From Candidatus Poribacteria bacterium (lineage in GTDB: Bacteria; Poribacteria; WGA-4E; PCPOR2b), in assembly GCA_965218095.1 (NCBI GenBank), contig OZ244587.1, positions 96,001 to 160,000 of the forward strand: a DNA stretch of 64,000 bases, in the 5' to 3' direction. The notes beneath the pieces are model-generated. The model saw only the letters and a program-made list of their open reading frames with translations, was not told where the DNA came from and did not search any database. Shown here in pieces: positions 8,877 to 19,463 of this stretch (its first letter is position 1; every line of letters starts with the position of its first letter). A program made the position numbers and the translations under genes.

Positions 8877-10120
8877 CTTTGTTCCCTACCTGAGGCGGGT
8901 GATGAGAAATCGCGTTCTGTCCATTCCTCCGGATCGATCGCAACCCCGTTGATGACCATACCCCAATGGAGGTGTGAGCCCGTTACCTGACCCGTTGCTC
9001 CCATCAGCCCGATGCGTTGTCCCTTTTCGACGCGATTGCCGACCTTCACGTTCATTTCGCTGAGATGGTTGTAGCTCATCGAAACCCCTTGCCCATGATT
9101 GATAATCACAGCGTTTCCGTAGATATGAAGCGTGTCGGCAAGGGTAACAATCCCATGATTTCCGGCGTATACAGGCGTTCCCACCACATTCGCGATGTCC
9201 GTCCCGTAATGATGCCGACGGACCCCGGTGTTATATTCCCGATACTTCCCGAATGGTGACGTCAGCCTGCCTTCCGTCGGACGAATGAACTTCCCTTTCC
9301 AAAGCTGATCAGTTTCTTCATCCGCCTTCGCATACGCAGCCACGCGCTTGGCGTTGTCTTCCCTGCTTTTGGACTTGTCCATCATGATCTCTTGTTTTTC
9401 GGGGGACAGCGTGATGTAGCCGCCACGCGCAAAGGCCGTTTTGTTGACTTCTATCTGAAAACTCCGTTCAGCTTCATTGCCCACGAAATCTGTGGCGTTA
9501 ACCGTAAGAGGGTAGTTTTGGATGGCGTGCGTCACGCCAATCCCAAGCAAGGTGCGATATGTGTTCTCAGCATCGGTCGGATAGAGGGCAATTTCTCGAC
9601 CAAAGAGTTTCCCCGCAATTTCTGCGACTGGCTCGCCGGTTTGAACGAAGAGCGCGAGCGTCCTGCCTTGTCCAACGCGGAGCGATTCAGGAGCGACGTG
9701 AAGTTGGGGTGGGGTATTATCGATGTAAAATGGAAGCGTGTATTGTGCGCTATTTTTGCGCAAGGACTTATCTGTTGCCGTTACGGAAACAGTGTGTAGC
9801 CCATCGGCGAAGACAGCGGTTTGCAGTGTCCAAAAGGTAGAGTCACCTTCGAGGAGGCTCAATGGCTTCAGGGGACCATCATCGATCTGTACCGTAAGTG
9901 AGTCTAAGCCGGGTTTTTCGTCCCTTGCGGTGATGTTGAGCGTCAGAGAACCGCGATAACGCTTATCAGCCTCCAGTCCGCTCATTTCCAGCGTCGGCGG
10001 CGTGGAATCCAACAGACTGGGGGCAAAGTAGGCGCCGACCCCCAAAAGCAGGACGATAACCAGAATGGGGATTAAAATGCGTGCTTTGCGAAAGGCATTG
10101 TTTGGGGATAGCTCTTTCAT
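8873..10120 (-). CDS. M23 family metallopeptidase with N-terminal TM anchor and Ig-like domains
   Basis: HYGTD, YGNAVIINHG and GATGQVTGSHLHW motifs. Confidence 0.92.
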   Translation of the reverse strand: MKELSPNNAFRKARILIPILVIVLLLGVGAYFAPSLLDSTPPTLEMSGLEADKRYRGSLTLNITARDEKPGLDSLTVQIDDGPLKPLSLLEGDSTFWTLQTAVFADGLHTVSVTATDKSLRKNSAQYTLPFYIDNTPPQLHVAPESLRVGQGRTLALFVQTGEPVAEIAGKLFGREIALYPTDAENTYRTLLGIGVTHAIQNYPLTVNATDFVGNEAERSFQIEVNKTAFARGGYITLSPEKQEIMMDKSKSREDNAKRVAAYAKADEETDQLWKGKFIRPTEGRLTSPFGKYREYNTGVRRHHYGTDIANVVGTPVYAGNHGIVTLADTLHIYGNAVIINHGQGVSMSYNHLSEMNVKVGNRVEKGQRIGLMGATGQVTGSHLHWGMVINGVAIDPEEWTERDFSSPASGREQR

Positions 10121-10209
10121 GGTTTGTATTCTCTTGTTGGGGCATGGAGAGGGTGAGCCCCACTCTTAAATGTTTCGACCGAGCACAGGGACCACTCTTG
10201 TTTTCTTCC

Positions 10210-11385
10210 CTAACATAACGATTCAAGGGATGCACCAGCCGGGCACGTCTCCGTCGGTCGCCAGGGGATGGAACTGTAAGAGCGATATACAACATCAAGA
10301 TGTGGTGTTTCCAGACGAATGTAGCCACGATAGCGTGAATCCAACGCGGCTTCAAGCACGCCCGATGTCAGCAGCGTCCGTTCAACGGGATAAGTTGGCG
10401 CCCCTGTGACGAACATCTCTTCGACATTCAGGCCGAGGTAGCTGAAGTGTGGGTGCGGAGGACGGTTTAGTAAATAGAATTCCGAGCCGTAGATCTCGCC
10501 TTCAACTCGCGCCGCATACGCTAAATCTACAACGTAGCCATTCAGCATCAAGGCTGCTCCCCGGAATCCATCACGGTATTCGACAAGGAACAGCGCAGGA
10601 TTTTTGCAGTGTTCTTCCATAGAACCATCAGGTTTGTTCTCAATCGGCGCACAAGCTGCTTCCGCCAATTCGCGTGACCAGAGCCCTTCCTTAGCAGCCT
10701 CCCACACTGCATCCCCTTCCAGACACGTCACGGCGGCAACACCGGTCTCGCCACCGACACGCCGCTCGACCATGCACTGAAGCGTCTCCAGCGTGTGAAA
10801 ACCGTAAATGTCCAGCCCCGAAAACCCGATCGAAATTGCCTCCTCGATTGGGGTGTCCAACGCATGCTCCAGCCACGGATTTCGATAAGCGAATGGCAGA
10901 GACGAACCTGCCATGAACGGCGCACCGAGTTGAGCCGCGCGATCGGCCATCCATTTGGCGTCGTGCCAGTTATAAGAGAGGTGTTTATCGTTGAAGACAG
11001 GGACAGCCCTACCGCTTGTTGAAAAGACGCCGCAGATCTGCTCCATAAAGTATTTGCGTGGATAGAGTTGCTGGTCTTTCTCATTCCATGCATAGTCACC
11101 GTGCTCCCCAATCAGGAGGACACCATCGACAGCGAGCTCGCTCCCACCAAGCGCCAGCGCCTTGACGATACTCGGATAGATTGGCACGTTATGCGCCGCG
11201 GCGATTTCTCGACTCAGATCATTTTCAGGAAATTGGTCCACATACATCGACACGATTTCGACACGCGGTTGAACCAACCCTCCATCCGTCGGAAACCCTT
11301 TCAAGAACTTGGTGACAATCACATCTGCATGTGAGTTTGGACGGTACTCAGTGATAATTGCTGCAATCTTTTTGCGCTCGGACAT
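10210..11385 (-). CDS. conserved hypothetical protein, Gfo/Idh/MocA-like oxidoreductase fold
   Basis: VDGVLLIGEHGDY, VPVFNDKHL, MAGSSLP and YGFHTLE motifs. Confidence 0.7.
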   Translation of the reverse strand: MSERKKIAAIITEYRPNSHADVIVTKFLKGFPTDGGLVQPRVEIVSMYVDQFPENDLSREIAAAHNVPIYPSIVKALALGGSELAVDGVLLIGEHGDYAWNEKDQQLYPRKYFMEQICGVFSTSGRAVPVFNDKHLSYNWHDAKWMADRAAQLGAPFMAGSSLPFAYRNPWLEHALDTPIEEAISIGFSGLDIYGFHTLETLQCMVERRVGGETGVAAVTCLEGDAVWEAAKEGLWSRELAEAACAPIENKPDGSMEEHCKNPALFLVEYRDGFRGAALMLNGYVVDLAYAARVEGEIYGSEFYLLNRPPHPHFSYLGLNVEEMFVTGAPTYPVERTLLTSGVLEAALDSRYRGYIRLETPHLDVVYRSYSSIPWRPTETCPAGASLESLC

Positions 11386-11599
11386 GTAGTACTCTGTTAA
11401 ATAAGTTATGAGTAGTTGGCATAAAAGCGAGAGAACTTATCTCCTGCCTTATTGATGCTGAATCGCCAATCTACCTTAATTCGCTTTTGGTTGCGTCTAT
11501 TGACGCAGGCTTGTACCTCTCACTGTAGGGTTTATTTACCACCAATTCTTCGATTGAGGCACTGTCGGCTTATCGCTGACAGTTCAATCTTAGCCATAT

Positions 11600-13098
11600 T
11601 TAACCATGACCCATTGCATTGGTTGGCGTATCGTGCATCTCAAATCTCTCAGTTAGCTCCAACGCCAATTCTGCATTGAATTCCTGAAAGGTCAGCATGG
11701 CAAGCGTGCTATCGCCGTTGCTCACCCCGGCAACAGACGCTACTGCGAGCGTCACGCGATTTCCAGCGACACCCGGTGGCACAAAGAACGCGCCTGCTGG
11801 GAGGTAGTCGCCGTTGGCGCTCTCCACATAGCGGAGTGCGGATGTATCAAACTGCGCGGTTGCCTGATAGCCTGCCACGTTTTCTCCGTCATCAATGTTG
11901 AGGGAGAGCGTGAGTGGCTCTCCGATAGCAGGAGACGGCGCTGGGGAGGGCGAAACGCTCACAGTGGCGTTCGCGTTGGCTAAAGGAGCTCCCACAGGAG
12001 CACCATGCCGTCCGAACTCCTACTTGCCAGCGTCGCCCCATCGGGACTGAACACAATGCTCTCAACCCCATACACAATGCTCTCAACCCCATGCCCCGTG
12101 AGGGTTTTTTTGTGCGCGCCCGTGACGGCATCCCACAGGCGGATGGTCTCGTCAAAACTCCCACCACTTGCCAGCGTCGCCCTATCGGGACTGAACGATA
12201 CGCTCCAGACCCCTCTCGTATGCCCCGTGAGGGTTTTTTTGTGCGCGCCCGTGACGGCATCCCACAGGCGGATGGCGCCGTCCCCACTCCCACTTGCCAG
12301 CGTCGCCCCATCAGGACTGAACGATACGCTAGTGACCCCACCCGTATGCCCCGTGAGGGTTTTTTTGTGCGCGCCCGTGACGGCATCCCACAGGCGGATG
12401 GTGTGGTCCCAACCCCCACTTGCCAGCGTCGCCCCATCAGGACTGAACGATGCGCTAGTGACCCCACCCGTATGCCCCGTGAGCATTTTTTTGTGCACGC
12501 CCGTGACGGCATTCCACAGGCGGATGGCACCGTCCCCACTCCCACTTGCCAGCGTCGCCCCATCAGGACTGAACGATACGCTAGTGACCGAACCCGTATG
12601 CCCCGTGAGGGTTTTTTTGTACGCGCCTGTGACGGCATCCCACAGGCGGATGGCGCCGTCCCCACTCCCACTGGCAAGCGTCGCCCCATCAGGACTGAAC
12701 GATACGCTAGTGACCGAACCCGTATGCCCCGTGAGGGTTTTTTTGTGCACGCCCGTGACCGCATCCCACAGGCGGATGGTGTGGTCCCAACCCCCACTTG
12801 CCAGCGTCGCCCCATCAGGACTGAACGATGCGCTATAGACCCTATCCGTATGCCCCGTGAGCAGGGCGACCTCTTGATGGGTCACCGTATCATAGAGCCA
12901 AATGCCGATGGAACTGCTGACCGCGAGACGAGCTCCGTCGGGAGAATACGCGATATTGCCAGATATCGAGCCTTTGCCGATGCGTGCTTTGGCGCCTTCG
13001 GGTAAACCCCATTGCGTGTAATCTTGGGCGAAGCTGGTTGGTAGAAACAGGCTAGAAACAAAAAGGAGGGTTAAAATGGAAAATAACGTGGTTTTCAT
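11600..13098 (-). pseudogene. WD40-repeat protein with a frameshifted, truncated cohesin domain
   Basis: Signal peptide (ATG 13098) then about 7 WD40 repeats, stopping at 11980. The cohesin-like segment (NVAGYQATAQFDTSALRYV) continues in another frame (11600-11995) and breaks off. The WD40 part may still be expressed. Confidence 0.75.
12090..12860 (-). repeat. near-identical 126-bp tandem repeats encoding WD40 units
   Basis: About 6 copies of TLTGHTGxVTSVSFSPDGATLASGxxDxxIRLWDAVTGxHKK, near-identical at DNA level. Confidence 0.95.
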
Positions 13099-13387
13099 TA
13101 GATTCACTCCTTTTTTTGGGGTTCCGGCGTTTATTGAAATCCTGTAAACCCCTATCGATACTGAATTCTTCAATGTTTGACAACCCGATGGAATCGTGGA
13201 TTTTATTCGAGTTGCGCCAAAAAACGGTGTTTTTGGCTCCTTGAATTTCATCGACAGTTCCTCCTTCTAACTGCACTGTGAATTCAGTTTTGGCGAATGG
13301 GCTTCAAACCCTTGTAGAATCGGCGTTTTATGCCCCATGGCTTCTTGTTGTCAGAATTTATTTCACGCTGCAATAACCTTATATGAA

Positions 13388-13653
13388 TAGGACTTACGCA
13401 GTTGAACATTTGAAACCTTGTAGTTCGGCGATTTATCGACAGAAAACACAACTCCCGATTCCGTTGCGTTGGTTGGATTATTCTAATCCTTACAACATCG
13501 TGGATTCACGGTTTCGTAGTGAACGCAGATCTGCGTTCACTACAGAATTGTGGGTGCTCGGTCTTGTCAGTCCCGATGGAGTATCGGGCGAACGAGACCG
13601 GCACCTGGTGTCCCATGAGTCGGGCAACTACTATCTGAAGTGCGTAAGTCCTA
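13388..13653. mobile_element. MITE, 266 bp
   Basis: TIR TAGGACTTACGCA / TGCGTAAGTCCTA with flanking direct repeat ATGAA (13383-87, 13654-58). One end recurs at 46719-46737. Confidence 0.8.
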
Positions 13654-14099
13654 ATGAATTAAAAGACTGACCACTAATGTAAAATCACACCAATCTCTCG
13701 CCCCACATGCCGGATATATTGCTGAGCGGAGGAACGCCTTCCGCTCTTCTGTCGTCTTTCCTAGACGTATGGCGGGACTCATCAGAATCATCTGACTCCT
13801 CCTAATCTGTTAAGGTTTGTGGAGCACGCCAATGCGATTGGTTTTCCACAGTTTGAGCGCAACTGCTTGCATCGGATCTATCGGGGTGAACATACCAAGA
13901 ATCGGGAGCAGAGACACGATGTGTCACATACTGGTTGTCCCCCTTTTGAAAAGGTGGCTTTGCACTCTAAATGAAATGTGAATGCTAGAACTGCCTTTCT
14001 TTACTTATACGCATGTTGGTCCACTTGCTATTGAGTTCCAAATGGGACTGAATACACGTTAGACATCTTCAATACGCGATACATCATACGCAATATTCT

Positions 14100-15134
14100 T
14101 CACGTTTCGTAAACCACGCCCAACTTGATGCTCTTCTCCGGCGCTTGATCGATGTCACGATAGGCTTCAGCCGATTCACTGAACGGGACAATCGGATGAA
14201 CCAAGTCTTCCGCCGAAAGGCGCTCTCCCCGTAGCAGCGCAAACGTCTCCGCATACAACCGCTGGGTGTTCCATAACGGATGGTCGCGCAAAGGTTCGCT
14301 CACATCACGGCTGGAGACAATCATCAGCCGATTGCGATGCCACTCGCCTTCAAGACTTAATGCACGGGCATCGCCCGTATAATACGCTGAAGAAACGATG
14401 GTACCGCCGTAGCCTGTTGCACGCAACGCGTCGTTTAGCCCGGCGTAAGTTCCGCTCGTTTCCAGCGAAATATCGACGCCGATTTTGTTTGTTTGTTCTT
14501 TGATAACAAGTCCAGCATCTTCGGTAATCGGATCGGCAACGAGATCCGCACCGTGCCGCTTAGCGAGCTCACGGCGGGTGGGAATCGGATCTGACGCAGC
14601 AATCCACCGTGCGCCTTGAAGCCGCGCAAGCTGCAATGCCATTTGTCCGATCGCACCGAGTCCAAACACCGCCACACGATCTCCCAGAGAGATTTTGCTA
14701 TATCGCACGGCGCAAAGGGCAACGCTTGCTGGATCTGAATACACGATGGCTTTGGCGGACATGCCTTCGGGGACTTTCTCCAAACGATCTTCGTGGACGG
14801 TGTGCGTTTCACAGATGGACAGGTGTCCGAAAACCCGAGCGCCAATCTGAAAGCGCGTGACGCCCTCGCCGACCTCAATCACCTCGCCGACAGTCATATT
14901 TCCCAATCGGATCGGAAATTTCGGCGCCCCCCCTTCTCCGATATGCATACGCCACTCCCCACTATAAGGGGACGTGTAGTCTTTTGTTTCGGCACGATAA
15001 CCGCGAAGTTCGGTGCCGTGTTTGGGGGCAGAAAAGATGCTTCGCAGCCGCACTTCACCGGGCTTGAGTGCCGGTTCCTCGTATTCACGGAGTATCGGCG
15101 TCCGCGGCGCAATCGCAATGAGTTCTTTGGGCAT
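14100..15134 (-). CDS. zinc-binding alcohol dehydrogenase (MDR superfamily)
   Basis: GroES-like N-terminus (HGTE, VGEVIEVG) and Rossmann motif VAVFGLGAIG. Confidence 0.88.
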   Translation of the reverse strand: MPKELIAIAPRTPILREYEEPALKPGEVRLRSIFSAPKHGTELRGYRAETKDYTSPYSGEWRMHIGEGGAPKFPIRLGNMTVGEVIEVGEGVTRFQIGARVFGHLSICETHTVHEDRLEKVPEGMSAKAIVYSDPASVALCAVRYSKISLGDRVAVFGLGAIGQMALQLARLQGARWIAASDPIPTRRELAKRHGADLVADPITEDAGLVIKEQTNKIGVDISLETSGTYAGLNDALRATGYGGTIVSSAYYTGDARALSLEGEWHRNRLMIVSSRDVSEPLRDHPLWNTQRLYAETFALLRGERLSAEDLVHPIVPFSESAEAYRDIDQAPEKSIKLGVVYET

Positions 15135-15368
15135 TTTTAATTCCTTTCAAATGATGAAGTTTGATACAATAATCGGGTCATAACCGCCCCACGATGAATC
15201 ACTGGGTGACTTACTGCGTCCAATGAATCAGACTTTTCGTGATGACAATAACCCGATTGATGGGTTACCTACTTAATTGCTTAATCTCCATAATTTGACA
15301 GGTATCTGTGGGAACGGCCTCCCAACCGCGAAAATCGCGTGCGGGAGCACTCTCCCACAGTTCACATT

Positions 15369-16454
15369 TCACGTCAGCACTTCAACTAGCTGCCTGGCGA
15401 TAACCTCTTCCTCACCGGGCATCAGAGTCATCGGATTGAACACAATGGTGTCGCCGTCTCCGTTGCTAACAATGGAGGGGTTGCCCGCCCTCAATTCACT
15501 GTTAACCTGATGCGCTGTTCTTCCAAATGAGTCATCAAGAGTGATGTTCGCTGATGGATGCTGCCGTCCATTAACGACCTCCGCATGAACGCCATCAATT
15601 GATTGGACGGCCTGGGCAACGTGTGTCATTTGCGCATGCCACTCGGCATATTCCTCGCTTTCGTCTTTTGCAAGGAATAACTCGACCGCTGTTAGCAGCC
15701 CCATGATCTCCTCTTTGCCGACCTTCATGCCGCGCCCAATCGCACTGTGAGGGTTGGAGTTGAGGCACGCCGCTTCGACGAACTCCTTCTTCCCAAGGAC
15801 CAATCCGGAATTTTGTGGGCCCCGAATTCCTTTGCCACCACTGAAGTTCACCAGCGATACACCCATTCCAGCAATTTCCTTCAGGTTTGACCGAGGCGGC
15901 AGTTGCGCCGCGGCATCAACGACCACCGGCACACCGCGTGCCGCGGCTTCAGGGACAATCTGCGCAAGCTGCTCCGTCGGCTGCACACCCAAGAAGAACA
16001 CAATCGCCGCGGTATTGGGTCCGATTCCATCAATCATATCTTCCGCCGAAACCGATTCGCGCGTACCGACCCTGACCAACGTCCCGCCGACAGTCTCGAT
16101 CCCTTGATGGATGTAAGTATGCGCATCGACCATACTGATAATGAACTCGTTCTTTACACCGCTCGTGTCAGGCAGCTTACGAATCCGCTCCGGATCTGTT
16201 CCCGTCAAACATGCAGCGACGGAGACTTGCACGCCACTGGCGGCGCCACAAGAAACGAAGGCTGCTTCAACCCCGATCATCTGTGCCAATTTTTCGCCGA
16301 CCTTCTCGTGGAGTTCGTTGAGGTGGATGAAAGTACCCGCGGCTGCCCGCATGGCTTCGACGATTTCCGGCGGCATGATGCTGCCGCCGAGCGTGGTAAT
16401 GGTTCCACTCGCGTTGATAAAGGGTTTGATACCCAGATCTTTATACGTTAGCAT
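15369..16454 (-). CDS. SelA-like PLP-dependent enzyme (DgaE / D-glucosaminate-6-phosphate ammonia-lyase family)
   Basis: INASGTITTLGGS, VDAAAQ, FSGGK (PLP lysine) and IGRGMKVGKEEI motifs. Confidence 0.85.
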   Translation of the reverse strand: MLTYKDLGIKPFINASGTITTLGGSIMPPEIVEAMRAAAGTFIHLNELHEKVGEKLAQMIGVEAAFVSCGAASGVQVSVAACLTGTDPERIRKLPDTSGVKNEFIISMVDAHTYIHQGIETVGGTLVRVGTRESVSAEDMIDGIGPNTAAIVFFLGVQPTEQLAQIVPEAAARGVPVVVDAAAQLPPRSNLKEIAGMGVSLVNFSGGKGIRGPQNSGLVLGKKEFVEAACLNSNPHSAIGRGMKVGKEEIMGLLTAVELFLAKDESEEYAEWHAQMTHVAQAVQSIDGVHAEVVNGRQHPSANITLDDSFGRTAHQVNSELRAGNPSIVSNGDGDTIVFNPMTLMPGEEEVIARQLVEVLT

Positions 16455-16485
16455 TGAATCCTCCTATCTAATTGAGGCTTGGTTA

Positions 16486-16620
16486 TAATTTGACTTTGTT
16501 ACATTCGCCCCCCCAGCCCCCAATTCGGGGAGTTTGTGCGATTCTCCCCCCAACATTGGGGCGAGCCACCAGTAGATCCGCCGATGAGCTCTTTTCCTAC
16601 TTTCATACAAAGTCAAGATA
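16486..16620. mobile_element. MITE family A, copy 1
   Basis: TA-NN-TTGACTTTGT...ACAAAGTCAA-NN-TA ends; internal sequence shared, in reverse orientation, with copies at 27216 and 31569. Confidence 0.85.
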
Positions 16621-17743
16621 ATTCCCTAAGAAGGCCATAAACCGCCTCCAACTGACGGATTGATCTATCATTATCAAACATCTGTTGAATCTTCAGCCGT
16701 GCATTCCGGCCCAGATGCGCAGCGAGCTTTCGATCGGTTAAGAGGCGATGGATTGCCTTCCCCAATGCCTGTGGATGGGCAGGCGGAACAAGTAATCCGC
16801 TCTCCCCATCATCAATGAGATCCAGCACACCACCGACAGCCGAGGCAATGCACGGCAGCCCGACCCCCATCGCTTCGATAAGCGCGTTTGAAGAGCTTTC
16901 ATGCAGCGACGGAAGGATGAAGAGGTGTGCATTGGATAGAATTGGGAAGATATCGCGGCGGAAGCCGGGTAATTCCACCCGATCCGAAAGGTGATAACGA
17001 TGAGCGAGGCGATGTAATTCATTCTTTTCTCCATCTCCGAGGATTGTGGCCATGAAATCTGACTGATTGAACTTCGTCTTGAGTAGGTTCAACGCTTGCA
17101 CCAAGTATCCGTGTCCTTTTTCAGGCGCTAATCTGCCGACGCTCACGATGCGCCAGGTTGATGAATCGTGATAAGCGGATTGAGAGGGTAAGTCCGGCAG
17201 ATTGACAATATTCCGAATGGCTGAAATACGTTTATCGGGATAACGGTATCGAAGGTTATCTCGGATGCGATCGGAATTTGTTAAGATCACATCAGCCTGG
17301 TGGTAGATGAACCTCTCCGTCAGCCACAGCCGCAATCGCCCGTACCTAGCGTGGTAGTCACCGCGCTGTGAAACAATAAGTGGTAAGGGCGCGGATAGAG
17401 AAAATTGTCGTACAAGTCCACAAAGAAAATTGGAATACCAAAGCCAACTGTGAATAATCGCCGGCTGCACCGCTTTCACAGTTCTGGCTAACTTGAAGGC
17501 TTTCTGTATCAAAGGCGGTATGGAAGATCGCCTTTCAGCATGCAGGACGGTGATTTCCTGGACAATCGGAAGTGCTGCGAGCTGATCATAATGCTCGCCG
17601 GCCCCGCGGCTTAACACGACAAAGGCTTCAAATTTATCCGGCTGCAATCGCGTTAAGGTCCTGTGCAACTGCGTCTCAGCACCGCCGTTTGCCATGGAAT
17701 CAATGACGTAGAGAATTCGAGTCCGGTTCAACGATAACACCAA
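16613..17743 (-). CDS. glycosyltransferase family 4 (GT-B)
   Basis: GGAE, VGRLAPEKG and PSLHESSSNALIEAM motifs. Confidence 0.92.
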   Translation of the reverse strand: MVLSLNRTRILYVIDSMANGGAETQLHRTLTRLQPDKFEAFVVLSRGAGEHYDQLAALPIVQEITVLHAERRSSIPPLIQKAFKLARTVKAVQPAIIHSWLWYSNFLCGLVRQFSLSAPLPLIVSQRGDYHARYGRLRLWLTERFIYHQADVILTNSDRIRDNLRYRYPDKRISAIRNIVNLPDLPSQSAYHDSSTWRIVSVGRLAPEKGHGYLVQALNLLKTKFNQSDFMATILGDGEKNELHRLAHRYHLSDRVELPGFRRDIFPILSNAHLFILPSLHESSSNALIEAMGVGLPCIASAVGGVLDLIDDGESGLLVPPAHPQALGKAIHRLLTDRKLAAHLGRNARLKIQQMFDNDRSIRQLEAVYGLLRELS

Positions 17744-17759
17744 CCCCTCAAGAAAATTG

Positions 17760-18672
17760 GTGAGATGGGGAATACGCTTGCAGCGCCTGACGAAGTAACG
17801 AAGCGGGTTGATGTGTTCTTCCTACAGGCCCTACCAAAGCTGACACAGCTTTAGCTGCATTCTCTCTCCGCTACCGAAATGATTACCTTCATGTAGTATT
17901 CGTAGTTCTCCCACATATCTTCTTGGGTGAATACCCATTCGTGGGAGGGGCGTCTTTGGCTAGTTCCATATCAAAGCTGGTGACTCTCGCGTCGTCTCTG
18001 CCGGGCGTTGTGGTGGAGGCGCGCCACACGCTGTTGGGCATCCAATGATAGTCAAAAATCTCGATGCCTGCCTTGCCGATATTGCAGATGGTGGTTGCCA
18101 TGTTCTCAACCTGTTCATCCCGTCCGGGTAAGCCGAGCATAATCTTGTCGTACTGAGATTTTCGCAACCTAGTGTGACGTTAGAACCGATAAGCGATTGC
18201 GCCACAGGCACGATGAAAATGCCTGAGACTCAGCTACCAAGCGGGTTGTCGACAACCGGCACGGCACCTGCGCACTCATCGGTAGAACCGCCGAACAGGG
18301 GCGGATACTTTCTCTCAATTGTCTGCCCCTATCTGCCCGCAGAAATCCACGCTATATCGACCGGCTCAAGGAGGATTTTCACGCGCCTCAAACGTCGATG
18401 CCAGTTATCATCTAGGCGCGTTCACCAAATAGAAAATCTCAGTCGTAAAATTTGACCGGGACATTTTCAAGGGCAACCAGCCTCAGTCCGGTGTCCTCGA
18501 CCTGTGTCCGCAGGCGCAGAATGTCCATGAATTCCCAGCGTTCTTCGCCGGGCAGCATCGGGGTGTTGAGAAGTAGATCTCCTACCCCAAGTTGTTTGAT
18601 GAACTTCAATCGTTCCTCACTCAACTGATTGAATGACCTAAACCAAGCCGAAGCCGCATTCGACGTTCCATG
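17760..18672 (-). pseudogene. uxuA: mannonate dehydratase pseudogene, interrupted by a MITE, frameshifted and 3'-truncated
   Basis: FIKQLGV...LENVPVKFYD / KIMLGLPGRDEQVEN...GKAGI...YHWMP. The fragments rejoin in frame when 18153-18447 is removed. Confidence 0.8.
18153..18442. mobile_element. MITE, 290 bp, inserted in uxuA
   Basis: TIR CTGAGATTTTC / GAAAATCTCAG; 5-bp target duplication TCGTA (18148-52, 18443-47). Confidence 0.9.
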
Positions 18673-18734
18673 AAATTTATCTCCTTAAATCGAGTAAATG
18701 AAGACATGAGTTTATTCACGCATCACGTTTCACA

Positions 18735-19187
18735 TCAAAACAGCTTGCTGCTGTCGAGCATCATCGTAACAGGGCCATCATTAACCAACCCGACATCCAT
18801 CATCGCTTGAAAAACCCCTGCCTTGACAGGGACTCCGATCTGTGTAATGGCATCCATAAACTCCTGGTAAAGCGCGTCCGCTTTTTCAGGACGGGCAGCA
18901 GTGATGAAACTCGGTCGCCTCCCTTTGCGGCAATCGCCGTAGAGCGTGAATTGAGAAACGACAAGGGCTTCACCGCCAACATCTAAGAGGGATCGATTCA
19001 TCCGACCCTCGTCGTCCTCGAAGATTCGGAGGTTGGCGATTTTGTTTGCCAAATAATCGACATCGGCGGAGGTATCCTCTTGAGCAACACCGAGGAAGAT
19101 GAGCAATCCCCCGCGAATCTCAGAAACGAGTTTCCTCTCTACTGTTACGCTTGCGGATTTAACACGTTGGACAACAGCTCTCATCAT
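18735..19187 (-). CDS. dtd: D-aminoacyl-tRNA deacylase
   Basis: [22 protein letters not shown] and NDGPVT motifs. Confidence 0.97.
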   Translation of the reverse strand: MMRAVVQRVKSASVTVERKLVSEIRGGLLIFLGVAQEDTSADVDYLANKIANLRIFEDDEGRMNRSLLDVGGEALVVSQFTLYGDCRKGRRPSFITAARPEKADALYQEFMDAITQIGVPVKAGVFQAMMDVGLVNDGPVTMMLDSSKLF

Positions 19188-19208
19188 CTTGGCTGGCATA
19201 TCAAACAG

Positions 19209-19409
19209 TTACTGCCATGCCCTCCATTGTGTAAGAATACCTTCTAATTCACTCATATATGACTGAGTTGTATCAAGAGAAAAGTTATTAAGGTTATTAT
19301 CAATTCCTATCCATCTACATTCTAACTGCGAAGCAATGGCTAAGGTTGTGCCAGACCCTGAAAAGCAATCAAGCACAAGGTCACCAAGGTTTGAAAAGCT
19401 AATTATTCG
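19209..19409 (-). pseudogene. fragment of a beta-class (N4/N6) DNA methyltransferase
   Basis: Manual translation RIISFSNLGDLVLDCFSGSGTTLAIASQLECRWIGID contains SAM-binding motif I. No start codon and no catalytic motif IV. Confidence 0.75.
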
Positions 19410-19463
19410 ACGATACTCTCATCTGGTGCAAGTGGGGCAACATACGCAACCTCCCCACCTTTA

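Noticed and set aside
12090-12860. Possible CRISPR array
   Set aside because: Units are contiguous coding repeats without unique spacers, and there are no cas genes.
11892-13005. Long alternative-frame and antisense ORFs over the WD40 array (307, 277 and 304 aa)
   Set aside because: Stop-free frames are a by-product of repeating a 126-bp unit; only the WD40 frame has a signal peptide and a known fold.
13745-13785. Hammerhead ribozyme core on the minus strand (CTGATGAGTC...GAC-GACA)
   Set aside because: The invariant GAAA reads GACA and I could not form stems I and III.
15369-16454. selA (selenocysteine synthase) as part of the Sec story
   Set aside because: 361 aa, lacks the SelA N-terminal tRNA-binding domain and has the DgaE-type IGRGMKVGKEE motif; no selB or selC adjacent.
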